Positions 53,212-63,069 of a stretch of DNA of 64,000 bases are shown one piece after another. The translations under genes and the position numbers were made by a program. The stretch spans positions 416,001 through 480,000 of the forward strand of contig CAWAUM010000001.1 in the NCBI GenBank assembly GCA_963785235.1, in the 5' to 3' direction. Each line of letters begins with the position of its first letter. Positions within the stretch are counted from its first letter, which is position 1. The notes under the pieces are model-generated. The model worked only from the letters and a program-made list of their open reading frames with translations. It searched no databases and had not been told where the DNA came from. This DNA is from an uncultured delta proteobacterium. Its GTDB lineage: Bacteria; Desulfobacterota; Desulfomonilia; UBA1062.

Positions 53212-54399
53212 TTATCCGAGCCCGGCAAGGGCCTGTTCGAGGTCGGCAATGAGGTCCGGAACGTCCTCGATACCCACGGAGTAGCGCACGAGCCCCTCGG
53301 GAATCCCCATGGCAGCGCGTTCTTCAGATGTGCATTCCACGTGGCTCGTGGTGGCAGGAGGGCCTGCAATGGTCTCCACAGCACCAAGGTTGGCCGCCCG
53401 GTGGGCGAGTTGCAGGCGCGGCAGGAAGGCCTTCACGGCATCCAGGTCACCATGAAGGGTAAAGCTCAGGACCCCGCCGAAGCCCTTCATCTGTTTTTGG
53501 GCAATGACATGTCCCTGATGGCTTTCAAGTCCCGGGTAGAATACCTCTTTGACCGCCTTGTGACCCTCCAGGTAACGGGCGATAGTCATGGCGCTCTCGT
53601 TCTGCCGTGAGATGCGCAGACTCAGGGTCTTCATGCCTCTGAGCAGCAGGTATGCGGCCATGGGATCGAGCGCTGCGCCGTTGATCTCCCGGAAGTGATA
53701 GATCTTCTTCACCAGATCCATGGGTCCGCATATGACCCCGCCCAAGGCATCGGCATGGCCCCCTAAAAACTTGGTGGCGCTGTGTATCACCAGATCCGCT
53801 CCCAGATGTAAGGGCCGCTGGTTGATGGGGGTGGCAAAGGTGTTGTCCACCACTACAATGGCGCCTGCATCGTGGGCCGCCCTGGCAAGCCTTTCTATGT
53901 CCACGACCTTGAGCGTGGGGTTGGTGGGGCTCTCCAGGTAAAGGACCTTGCACCCCTTCTTAACCTCGTTTTCGATCTGCTCATGGTCTGTTGTTTCGCA
54001 CAGGAAGGCCTCAATGTTGAATCTCGGGAGGAATTCAATGAAGAGCTTGCTCGTGCCGCCATAGCTGTCCTTGATGGACACCACACGGTCTCCTGGCGAG
54101 AGCAGGGTGAACAGGGTGTTGCTGATGGCAGCCATGCCGCTGGAAAAAGACGTTGCCGCCTGCCCCTCTTCCAGCAGACGGACCTTTTCTTCAAAGGCCG
54201 CCACCGTGGGATTGGTGTTCCGGCTGTAGATGTTTCCGGGTGCAAGGCCTTGACCCACCTTGATCCACTTTTCCATGTCGTCGTATCCGAAGGACACGCT
54301 CTGCACGATGGGGACCTGGGTGGGGTTCCCGGATGCGCCCTTGTCCTCGCCTCCCCACACTGCGATGGTGCCGGTGCCCTGCTGTCGTTTTTCTTCCAT
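53212..54399 (-). CDS. Cys/Met metabolism PLP enzyme (cystathionine gamma-synthase / gamma-lyase family)
   Basis: YSRNTNPTV, FSSGMAAI, YGGT, ESPTNP, DNTFATP, HSATKFLGGH, RGMKTL, GLVR.SVGIED. Confidence 0.92.
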   Translation of the reverse strand: MEEKRQQGTGTIAVWGGEDKGASGNPTQVPIVQSVSFGYDDMEKWIKVGQGLAPGNIYSRNTNPTVAAFEEKVRLLEEGQAATSFSSGMAAISNTLFTLLSPGDRVVSIKDSYGGTSKLFIEFLPRFNIEAFLCETTDHEQIENEVKKGCKVLYLESPTNPTLKVVDIERLARAAHDAGAIVVVDNTFATPINQRPLHLGADLVIHSATKFLGGHADALGGVICGPMDLVKKIYHFREINGAALDPMAAYLLLRGMKTLSLRISRQNESAMTIARYLEGHKAVKEVFYPGLESHQGHVIAQKQMKGFGGVLSFTLHGDLDAVKAFLPRLQLAHRAANLGAVETIAGPPATTSHVECTSEERAAMGIPEGLVRYSVGIEDVPDLIADLEQALAGLG

Positions 54400-54431
54400 G
54401 TTCAATGGGCCTTTCTAAAGTTTATCATGTC

Positions 54432-54590
54432 TTAAGGAGAAGTGCCTTCCCTCTTGAACACAAACAGTGAGATGCCTACCAGGAGGGCACCCATGCCCAG
54501 GCTTACCATGTCCGGCTTCATGATGCCGTAGATGAAGTCTATCACGCCGATGGCGACAAAGGCCAGTGGTACGATCTTATTCCTGGTCAT
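54432..54590 (-). CDS. Small two-TM membrane protein (52 aa; not in the ORF track)
   Basis: Manual translation MTRNKIVPLAFVAIGVIDFIYGIMKPDMVSLGMGALLVGISLFVFKREGTSP, tightly packed between operon genes. Confidence 0.6.
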   Translation of the reverse strand: MTRNKIVPLAFVAIGVIDFIYGIMKPDMVSLGMGALLVGISLFVFKREGTSP

Positions 54591-54593
54591 TCA

Positions 54594-55052
54594 TCAGTAC
54601 CCTGATTTCTTGCCTGAAACTTCTGCAATCTGGATCCTGATGATGGCGATAGTCCCCAGTGCCTCTTCAGGGAAGTTGAATTGACCTTGAGTATACTGCT
54701 TCATGATGATCTCAAGGGCCTTGTGTTTGGCCTCGAGCCCTTCCACAAATGATGCCTCCCCATAACCAATGACACTGCGGTATCTCATGGAGAATGAACA
54801 GGGCTTATCCCCGATCTTAACCTCGCAGTCGGATTCGAATTCGAAGCAGACAGTGCTGTTGCTTTTCAGAAACTCGATCTTTCTGCCCTCCTTGGCGCAG
54901 TGAAGAAAGATAACGTTGCCCTCATACCCGAAACACATGGGCACGATATAGGGGATGCCATCGTCGCACATGCCCAGGCGGCATACCTTGGCGCTCTCGA
55001 TCACCGAGTCGATCATGGCCCGCTCGCCCATTTCCTTGTCTTTTCTTCTCAT
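54594..55052 (-). CDS. Pyridoxamine 5'-phosphate oxidase/NimA-like flavin-binding protein
   Basis: MRRKDKE, PYIVP.CFGY, HCAKEGRK, VCFE, YRSVIG.G, SGKKS. Confidence 0.88.
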   Translation of the reverse strand: MRRKDKEMGERAMIDSVIESAKVCRLGMCDDGIPYIVPMCFGYEGNVIFLHCAKEGRKIEFLKSNSTVCFEFESDCEVKIGDKPCSFSMRYRSVIGYGEASFVEGLEAKHKALEIIMKQYTQGQFNFPEEALGTIAIIRIQIAEVSGKKSGY

Positions 55053-55138
55053 GGAGGCCTCCCGCAAGAATTAAGTGGCCTTGCTTAGGGCTCATTTAAG
55101 AATACACATGACCCTTTTTTCTATTAGCATGAAATGCA

Positions 55139-55170
55139 GCGGCGGTTCCAGCAGGGCTTGGAGCCGCCGC
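55139..55170 (-). terminator. GC-rich hairpin after gdhA
   Basis: GCGGCGGTTCCA...TGGAGCCGCCGC (12-bp stem, one mismatch), weak U-tract. Confidence 0.4.
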
Positions 55171-55194
55171 CCCATGCATAAAATTAATTTCAGT

Positions 55195-56544
55195 CTACAC
55201 GATGCCCTGGGCCATCATGGCATCGGCAACCTTCACGAAACCTGCAATGTTCGCCCCGTTCACATAGTTACCGGGAGAGCCATAGGTTGATGAGGCATTG
55301 ACGCAGGCCGAGTGGATGGCCTTCATGATCATCCTGAGCCGGTTGTCCACCTCTTCGCTGGTCCAGTTGATCCTCATGCTGTTCTGGGTCATCTCCAGGC
55401 CGGATACCGATACGCCGCCGGCGTTTGCCGCCTTGCCGGGTCCGTAGAGGATCTTATGGTCGAGGTAGATCTCTACACCGTCAGGGGTGGTGGGCATATT
55501 GGCGCCTTCACTCACGACATAGACGCCGTTCTTGATGAGGTTTGCCGCATCTTTGCCGTTGATCTCGTTCTGGGTGGCAGACGGGAAGGCGCAGTCGGCC
55601 TTGTGGTTCCACAGGGGATTGAAATCCTTGGCCGGATCGATAGGGGTGTATACGACACCCTTATACTTGTCTGCATACTCCTTCATGCGGCCCCTGCGGA
55701 TATTCTTAAGCTCCATGACATAGGCCAGCTTCTCACGATCAATACCCTTTTCGTCGAAGATGTATCCGTTTGAGTCGGACAGGGTAACTACCTTTGCGCC
55801 GAGGTCCAGGAGTTTTTCCGTGGTGTACTGGGAAACGTTGCCCGAACCTGATACCAGGCAGGTCTTGCCTTCCAGGGTCTGATTCCTGGTGGAGAGCATC
55901 TCTGCTGCAAAATAGACGGAGCCGTAGCCGGTGGCCTCGGGCCGGATGAGGCTGCCGCCGAAATTCAGCCCTTTGCCGGTTAGCACCCCTACAAACTCAT
56001 TGCGGAGTTTCTTATACATCCCGAAGAGATACCCGATCTCCCGGGCGCCTACGCCGATATCACCTGCCGGGACATCGGTGAACTGGCCGACATGCCGGAA
56101 GATCTCGCTCATGAAGCTGTGGCAGAAACGCATGACCTCGCGGTCCGACTTGCCCTTGGGGTCGAAGTTGGAGCCGCCCTTGCCGCCGCCCATGGGCAAC
56201 GTGGTGAGTGAGTTCTTGAATACCTGTTCGAAGGCCAGGAACTTGAGGATACTGAGGTTCACCGAGGGGTGAAACCTGAACCCGCCCTTATAGGGCCCGA
56301 TGGCGCTGTTCATCTGGATCCGATAACCCCGGTTCACCTGGACATCGCCCTTGTCATCAACCCAGGGCACCCTGAACATGACCAACCGCTCCGGTTCCAC
56401 CATCCGCTCAAGGATCTTTTCCTTGCGGTATTCGGGGTGCTTTTCGAGGACCGGTTTCACTGATTTTACGACCTCAGAGACTGCCTGGAGAAATTCTTTT
56501 TCCCCTGGGTTGCATTCCTCACACTTCTGTAAAAAGTCTTCCAT
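55195..56544 (-). CDS. gdhA: NADP-specific glutamate dehydrogenase
   Basis: EFLQAV.EV, FRVPWVDD.G, GPYKGG.RFHPSVN, PMGGGKGGS.FDPKGKS, DVPAGDIGVG, RPEATGYG, SGSGNV, EGANMP, PGKAANAGGV. Confidence 0.96.
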   Translation of the reverse strand: MEDFLQKCEECNPGEKEFLQAVSEVVKSVKPVLEKHPEYRKEKILERMVEPERLVMFRVPWVDDKGDVQVNRGYRIQMNSAIGPYKGGFRFHPSVNLSILKFLAFEQVFKNSLTTLPMGGGKGGSNFDPKGKSDREVMRFCHSFMSEIFRHVGQFTDVPAGDIGVGAREIGYLFGMYKKLRNEFVGVLTGKGLNFGGSLIRPEATGYGSVYFAAEMLSTRNQTLEGKTCLVSGSGNVSQYTTEKLLDLGAKVVTLSDSNGYIFDEKGIDREKLAYVMELKNIRRGRMKEYADKYKGVVYTPIDPAKDFNPLWNHKADCAFPSATQNEINGKDAANLIKNGVYVVSEGANMPTTPDGVEIYLDHKILYGPGKAANAGGVSVSGLEMTQNSMRINWTSEEVDNRLRMIMKAIHSACVNASSTYGSPGNYVNGANIAGFVKVADAMMAQGIV

Positions 56545-56739
56545 AGTTTTGAATCCTCCTTTTTAAGGTTTCGTATGCATGTTTCTTATTGTTACATCAT
56601 AGGCTGTGAACCTTTTTCTATTCAGCTTTTCCTGGTCATTTTGCCTGCTCACAGCATTTTGATGCTCCTTTTCTGCAGAAATAATCTCGTTCCTTTTTCC
56701 TACGTCCTTCGATGACTGGTTCGTGGTGAATTTGGGGGT

Positions 56740-56779
56740 GTTCAATCCATCCATCCTTTGAGAGATGGATGGATTGAAC
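56740..56779. terminator. 16-bp perfect hairpin downstream of the ABC operon
   Basis: GTTCAATCCATCCATC-N8-GATGGATGGATTGAAC. Confidence 0.55.
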
Positions 56780-56832
56780 GTTATGAAGAGAGGGCTAAGA
56801 GTATCTATCCGGTGCCATGTTCACCTTCGTGT

Positions 56833-57543
56833 TTAAATCCCCAGGTATGCTTCCCTGATCTTCGGGTTAGCCAGGAGTTCCTTGCCGGTGCCTTCCATAA
56901 CGATGCGGCCGTGCTCGAGCACATAACCGCGGTTTGAGAGGCTCAACGAGTGCTGCACATCCTGCTCCACCAGGAGCACCGTGGTCCCCTGGTCTGCGAT
57001 GGTCCGGATGGTCTGGAAGATCTCCTTGATGAGGACCGGAGCAAGTCCCAGCGACGGCTCGTCAAGCATGAGGATCTTGGGCATGGCCATCATGCCCCTG
57101 CCGATGGCCACCATCTGCTGTTCGCCGCCGGACAGGGTAATGGCCTGCTGTTTTTCCCGCTCTTCCAGCCTGGGCAGCAGTTTATAGACATCCTTGATGG
57201 TCTCGGTCTTGTGGGGGAATGCCCGGGTATTATGGGCCCCCACATCGAGGTTTTCCTTCACGGTCATGAGGCTGAACAGCCTCCTGCCCTCGGGCACATG
57301 GATGATGCCCTTCTCCACGATCTTCTCGGGGCGGAGCGCCTGGATGGGCTGGTTCTCGAAGAGGATCTCACCGGAGGCGGTCTTCATGAGCCCGGAGATG
57401 GTCCTGAGCATCGTGGACTTGCCGGCCCCGTTGGCGCCGATAAGGCTGATGACCTCTCCTTCCTCGATGTGCAGTGAGACGTCGTAGATTACCTGGACGT
57501 CGCCGTAAAAGCAGTTTATGTTTTTAATGTCAAGCAGCGCCAT
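56833..57543 (-). CDS. livF: Branched-chain amino acid-type ABC transporter ATPase
   Basis: GANGAGKST, VPEGRRLF, LSGGEQQM, LDEPSLGLAP, VEQ, AYLG. Confidence 0.92.
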   Translation of the reverse strand: MALLDIKNINCFYGDVQVIYDVSLHIEEGEVISLIGANGAGKSTMLRTISGLMKTASGEILFENQPIQALRPEKIVEKGIIHVPEGRRLFSLMTVKENLDVGAHNTRAFPHKTETIKDVYKLLPRLEEREKQQAITLSGGEQQMVAIGRGMMAMPKILMLDEPSLGLAPVLIKEIFQTIRTIADQGTTVLLVEQDVQHSLSLSNRGYVLEHGRIVMEGTGKELLANPKIREAYLGI

Positions 57544-58255
57544 AGCTCTCCCCCAGGTATGCCTTGATTACTCGTTCATCTTTCGCCACTTCTTGAGGCG
57601 TGCCGTCCATGATCTTCTTGCCGAACTGGATGACCGTGATCTTGTCGGAGACCGACATGATGGCGCGCATGATATGCTCGATCATGAATATGGTGACGCC
57701 CTTGTCCCTGATCCACCTGATCACGTCCAGCGTCTCGTCCACCTCGTTGGGGCGTAGGCCCGCCATGCATTCGTCAAGGAGCAGCAGTTCGGGGTCAGTG
57801 GCCAGGGCGCGTGCGAATTCAAGCCGCTTGCGGTCGGCAATGGTAAGGTTCTTGGCAAGCTGGTTACGCTTGTCTGCAAGGTGGAACTTCTCCAGGGAAT
57901 CCAGCGCCATATCTCTTACTTCAGCCACGTTGCTGGACCTGATGAATGCACCCACCATGGCGTTGAAGAGCACGGTCTTGGTCTGGAACGGCTTCACGAT
58001 CTGGAATGTCCGGGCGACCTTTATCCTGCAGATATCCCAGGGTTTCATGCCCGTGATATTCTGATCCTTGAAGAGGACGTTTCCGATGGTCGGTGCAAAT
58101 GAGCCTGCCACGCAGTTGAAGAGCGTGGATTTCCCTGCGCCGTTGGGACCGATGAGGCCGTATATCTGGCCTTTTTCAATGGTGAGGCTCACCTGGTCGA
58201 CGGCCTTCAGGCCGCCGAAGTGCTTGGATACGTTTTGGATGTCGAGTATAGCCAT
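57530..58255 (-). CDS. livG: Branched-chain amino acid-type ABC transporter ATPase
   Basis: FGGLKAV, GPNGAGKSTLFN, ARTFQ, LLLLDE, IEH, VIKAYLG. Confidence 0.92.
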   Translation of the reverse strand: MAILDIQNVSKHFGGLKAVDQVSLTIEKGQIYGLIGPNGAGKSTLFNCVAGSFAPTIGNVLFKDQNITGMKPWDICRIKVARTFQIVKPFQTKTVLFNAMVGAFIRSSNVAEVRDMALDSLEKFHLADKRNQLAKNLTIADRKRLEFARALATDPELLLLDECMAGLRPNEVDETLDVIRWIRDKGVTIFMIEHIMRAIMSVSDKITVIQFGKKIMDGTPQEVAKDERVIKAYLGESYGAA

Positions 58256-58256
58256 G

Positions 58257-59298
58257 TTAAGCCTTCACCTCCTTTGCAGACTTTGCCCCGCTGAGCTTGT
58301 CGAGGGTCCAGTCGTAGAATCTCGTAAGCGGCAGCACCAGGCCCCGGGGCTGGAAGAGCATGACCAGGATCAGGACGAGCCCGTATATCACCAGGTGAAG
58401 ACCGGGCAGTACCGCGCTCAGGTAGATCCGTGAAAATTCGCCCACAGGCCTCAGCAGGAGCGCCCCGATCACCGGGCCGGCAATGGTGCCGCGGCCGCCG
58501 ATGAGCGCGATGAAGGCAAGCTCGAAGGAGAAGTCCAGGCTCAAGATCCCCTTGGGAAAGAAGTACAGGTTGAGCTGGGCATAGAAGGTTCCGGCAAATG
58601 CGGTGAGGAAGCAGCTCAGTGCCATGAAAAACTCCTTGTACCTCGCCACGTTTACGCCCAGGGCCTGGGCCGCCTCGGGCTCCTCTCCGCCTGCGAGGAT
58701 GTAATAACCCGGCCTGATCCTTGATACGTACCAGGTGATGAACAGCGCAATGCAGAGCATGATGAGGATGATGTAGTAGTAGGGGAGCTTGTCCACGAAC
58801 TGGTAATTGATGAGGTTTTCCATGGGTGTCCCCATCTTCAAGGGGACGCTGATCCCCCGGGGGCCGTTGATCTCAAAGGGCCCGAGTTTCATGGTGTTCT
58901 CCACCAGCACCCTCACCCCTTCACCAAAGGCCATGGTGGACAGGGCGAAGTATGCGCCGCGGAGCTTCAAGGTCGGTATGCCGATAATCAATCCTACAAC
59001 CGCTGCAAGTGCGCCCCCTACGAACATGCCGAGCCAGGGGCTTAACCCATAGGTCATGAACAGAACCGTTGAGGTATACGCCCCGATCCCCACATATGCT
59101 GAATGCCCCAGGGGCAGGACCCCGGCAAAGCCCCCGACCAGGTTCCATGAGGTGGTAAGGTAGGCATAGAAGAACAGCAGGATAATGATCTGCAGGTATG
59201 TGGGGCTCGTCATCCACAGTGGGCAATGTGAATACGACTCCGATCAGCACGATCTTCAGTGCATTGTCGATTAATTTTCTCTTTTTTGACCGAAGCAT
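58257..59298 (-). CDS. livM: Branched-chain amino acid-type ABC permease (frameshift near 5' end)
   Basis: WNLVGGFAG...LGH.A..GIGAY, LRGAYFALST, GG.GTI.GPV.GA, QPRGL. Confidence 0.88.
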
Positions 59299-59319
59299 TC
59301 ATCTTCGTTGTCTCCTTTC

Positions 59320-60205
59320 TTACCAATCCCGCTTTTCACCGAAGAGGCCGGCCGGTCTGATGAACAGTACTGCCAGGAACACCACATAGACGATGAGCTC
59401 GGTCCATGTGGAGGTCATGTAAATGGCGAACAAGGACTCGATGAGTCCTACGATCAGACCGCCGATGAGTGCCCCTGGGATGCTCCCAAGACCGCCTAAG
59501 ACCACGATGATGAAGCATTTCACGTCAAAGACGACCCCCACCGAGGGAAATACATAGTAGAATGGAATGAGGACGCATCCAACGATCCCTGCAATGGCGG
59601 CCCCTATGCCGAAGGCGATATTGTACACGCGGTACTGGTTGATCCCCATGAGGCTTGCGGCATCCCTGTCCAAGGAGGCGGCCCTGATGGACTTGCCCAT
59701 CCTGGTGTATTTGAGGAACCAGAGGAGGAGACCCGATGTGACTGCCGTAGTAATCACTCCATAGAGCTGTGCCTTGGGGAAGATGAAGTCGCCGAGCATG
59801 AAGATCTGCCCCGACATACTGGTCTGGACAACCCGGTACTCGGCCCCGAAGAGCATGAGGGCAAGGTTGTCAAGGATGTACCACACGCCCGTGGTCACGA
59901 TGATGACCTCGGTGGGCTCGCGCACATCGCTCTGTGCGTCCAGGATCGGTTTGATCAGAACACCCTGCAGCGCATAGCCGAACACAGAAGAGCATGGGGA
60001 CGACCAGGAAAAGGGCTGCATAGGGGTTCCATCCGGTCAGCTTCACGATCCAGTATGCGGTGAACATGCCCACCATCAATAAGGAACCGTGGGCGAAGTT
60101 GATGACCTTTATGACACCGAATATGAGCGTGAGGCCCAGTGCTGCGAGACCATAATATGAGCCGGTCATGACCCCGTTTATGATTGCTTGAATAATAACG
60201 TCCAT
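59320..60205 (-). CDS. livH: Branched-chain amino acid-type ABC permease (one frameshift near 59990)
   Basis: GLAALGLTLIFGVIKVINFAHG, T..GKSIRA...D..AA.LMGIN, VVLGGLGSI.GA, RPAGLFG. Confidence 0.9.
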
Positions 60206-60235
60206 GGTGACCTCGTTTCTGATTGGGTCGCGGGG

Positions 60236-60260
60236 GCCGGGCCCTTTTTAGGGGCCCGGC
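60236..60260. other. GC hairpin between the binding-protein and permease genes (mRNA stabiliser or partial terminator)
   Basis: GCCGGGCCC-N7-GGGCCCGGC. Confidence 0.5.
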
Positions 60261-60320
60261 TTTACCGCTTATGCTCCAATACGTTTTCTTCTCTTTACGC
60301 TCCGCTTGGTTATGACGTTC

Positions 60321-61595
60321 TTACGGCATGGGGAATACGGCCTTGACGCCCTTCCTTGCTGCCGCAACCGGCCACACCGTCACGCGCTCCATGGTGCCTT
60401 TGACATCGCGGAACTGCACCAGCACGATGCCGGCTTCCTTGTTCTGGCCTGTCTCGTCAAACGCGACGCAGGGGTATGAAAGGATGTTGATGCCCAGCGG
60501 TGCCTTGGGACCCTGGCATAGTTTGGTTGCAGCCAGTGCATCCCTGATCTTTTTCGGGATCTGTCTGATTTTGCCCGCTCCAATGCGTCAGCGATCACAT
60601 AGACCGATGCAAAGGCATCGACGGATTCGCCGGCCAGGTCATAGCCGTTGCGCTTCTTGAACTCGGCATTGAGTGTGGGGATCTCCGGCCTGCCAAGGTC
60701 GGTCTCCCACTCCACCACGTCGAACATGTATTCGCAGTTCTTGGCGGTGTTCTTGCGGAACATGGGGTCGGCATGGCCGCCGCCGGTTCCGATGATGGCC
60801 TTGACCTTCACCTTCATGGTGGCCATGGTGTTGGTGAGCAGGATGGCATCGGCTGCGTTAGACGTGAGCAGCAGGACATCGGGCTTGGCGTTCTTGATCT
60901 TCATGACCACCGGGGTCAGGTCGGACGCCGTGCTGGGATAGGGCTCATCCAGGACGATCTTGTAGCCGAACTGCGCTGGCAAGCTTTGTCCACTGGTCCT
61001 TCATGCCGGTGCCCCAGTCGCCGTTCTCATAGACAAAGGCGATGGTCTTGAGGTCGGTCTTTGTGGCCTTTTTCATGTCATCGAGGAACCGGAACTGGTC
61101 ACGCGCCCACCAGCCGTCCTTTGCAGCGATGCGGAAGGTGTACTTGAAGCCGCGCTCCGTGATCTTGTCTGCAACGGATACCGGGACCACAAAGGGGATC
61201 TGATAGCGCTCTGCAACCTGGGTGGATGGATAGGTGACCGCCGAGTTCCAGCAGCCGGACAGGACGCTGACCTTATCCGAGTTGATGAGCTGCTCTGCAG
61301 CGCTCACGCCCACCGTCGGGTCGCCCTTGCTGTCGGTGAAGATGTTCACGAGCTTGGCGCCGCCTAAAGACTTGATGCCGCCTGCCTTGTTGATGTACTC
61401 GGTGGCCAGTTCAATGGCCTTCTGGTTCTGGATGCCCACGGATGCAGACGGGCCGGACAAGGGCAGGATGTTGCCGATCTTAACCTCTTTCGCACCTGCT
61501 GCAAGCACGGATGTCCCTGTTACGAACACCAGCGCGCAGGCAAGGGCGAATACCAAGATACTCAGTTTCGTAAGCCAGAAAGTCCTCTTGTTCAT
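60321..61595 (-). CDS. Periplasmic amino-acid-binding protein (LivK/LivJ-like); frameshifts
   Basis: Signal peptide, VKIGNILPLSG, IN.AGGIKSLGGAKL, ITERG.KY.FR, YEN.DWG, KIK.A.PDV, tail TVWP......AVFPMP. Confidence 0.88.
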
Positions 61596-61697
61596 ATAAC
61601 TCCCCCTTTAGATTTGTTTTGCATTCTTTCCCACTCTGGGATCGTTCTCTTAATCATAGTAGCCATTAAGAGGCCATATTCAATCTGTCTCCAAAAG

Positions 61698-63009
61698 TTA
61701 TTTTTTCTTTTTCAATGAGGCAAAGGCGTCGTCGAGTATGGAAACCCCTTTCTCGACCTGCTTGTCTGTGATCACGAGCGGCATCATGGTGCGGATCACA
61801 TTGCTGTACTGGCCGCAGGACAGGATGTTCAGCCCCTTCTCGAAGCAGTATTTTACCACTGCTGCAGTTGCCTCGGGTGCCGGCTCCTTGGTCTTGCGGT
61901 CTTTGACCAGCTCCAGGGCCAGCATCGGGCCAAGGCCCCTCACATCGCCGATGACTTCGTGCTTGGCCTTGAGATCGTTGAAATGTTTTCTGAGCTTCTT
62001 GCCGAGCTTCTCGCTCCTATCAAGCATCTTCTCTTCCTCGTACACTTCGAGGACTGCCAGTGCCGCTGCGCAGCACACCGGGTTGCCGCCATAGGTGCCG
62101 CCGACACCACCCGGATGGACACAGTCCATGATCTCCTGCTTGCCGACCACTGCGGAAACGGCATGCCTGCTGCCAGGCTCTTGGCCACCAGGAGCAGATC
62201 AGGCTCCACGCCCCAGTGCTCAATGGCGAACATCTGTTTGCCGGTCCTGGCCCATGCCGCGACTGGATCTCGTCTGCTACAAAGAGGATGTCATTGTCTG
62301 TGCAGATCTTGGCAAGTTTGGGGAAGTATTCCTTGGGAGGGGTGATGAATCCGCCTTCTCCCTGGACAGGCTCGACCACCAGGGCGGCGATCATATCCGG
62401 GGCGATCTTGCCGAAGAAATCCTTCATGTAGTCTGCACAGGCACAGTCGCACTTGGGATAGGTGAGCCCGAAGGGGCAGCGGTAGCAGTAGGCGTTCGGT
62501 ATCTTGTAAATTTCCGGGGCGAATGGTCCGAAACCCCATTTATAGGGTTTGACCTTGCTGGTCATGGTCATGGTGAGCAATGTCCTGCCATGGAATGCAT
62601 GATCCAGGGCTACAATTCCCTGCTTTTTCGTATAGTACCGGGAAATTTTTACCGCGTTTTCCACCGCCTCGGCGCCGGCGTTGATGAGGATCGCGCGTTT
62701 CGGGGTCTTCCCCGGTGCAAGCTTGCAGAGCTTCTCGGCCACCCTCACTGCGACTTCATAAGGTGTGACCATGAAGCAGGTGTGGGTGAACTTCTCGGCC
62801 TGGTCCTGTATGGCCTTGATCACCTTTGGGTTGGAATGCCCCACGTTCATGACCGCAATGCCGCCGCCGAAGTCGATGTATTCATTGCCTTCCACGTCAT
62901 AGATCATGGCCCCTTTGGCCGAGGCGATATAGATGGGCTTGCCGCTGGCAAAACCCTTTGCCATGACCTTGCTTCTCAATTCACCAAGTGACTTGTTATT
63001 GACCTTCAT
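61698..63009 (-). CDS. gabT: 4-aminobutyrate (or 5-aminovalerate) aminotransferase; frameshifts near 62150-62260
   Basis: YIDF.GGIAV.NVGH, FTHTCFMV.PYE, GAEAVENAVKI, FHGRT, EPVQGEGGF, ADEIQ, AKSLA, GGTYGGNP, G.G.M.A.ELV. Confidence 0.88.
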
Positions 63010-63069
63010 CTTGTCAGTTCCTCCTGAAAGCGTTCTTTATCTTACGCCCATGTCCGGCTTTGTCTGTTA

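Noticed and set aside
62095-62991. 298-aa plus-strand ORF (also 49036-49857, 52439-53200, 37016-37735 and similar)
   Set aside because: These are antisense to well-supported genes and have no recognisable domains.
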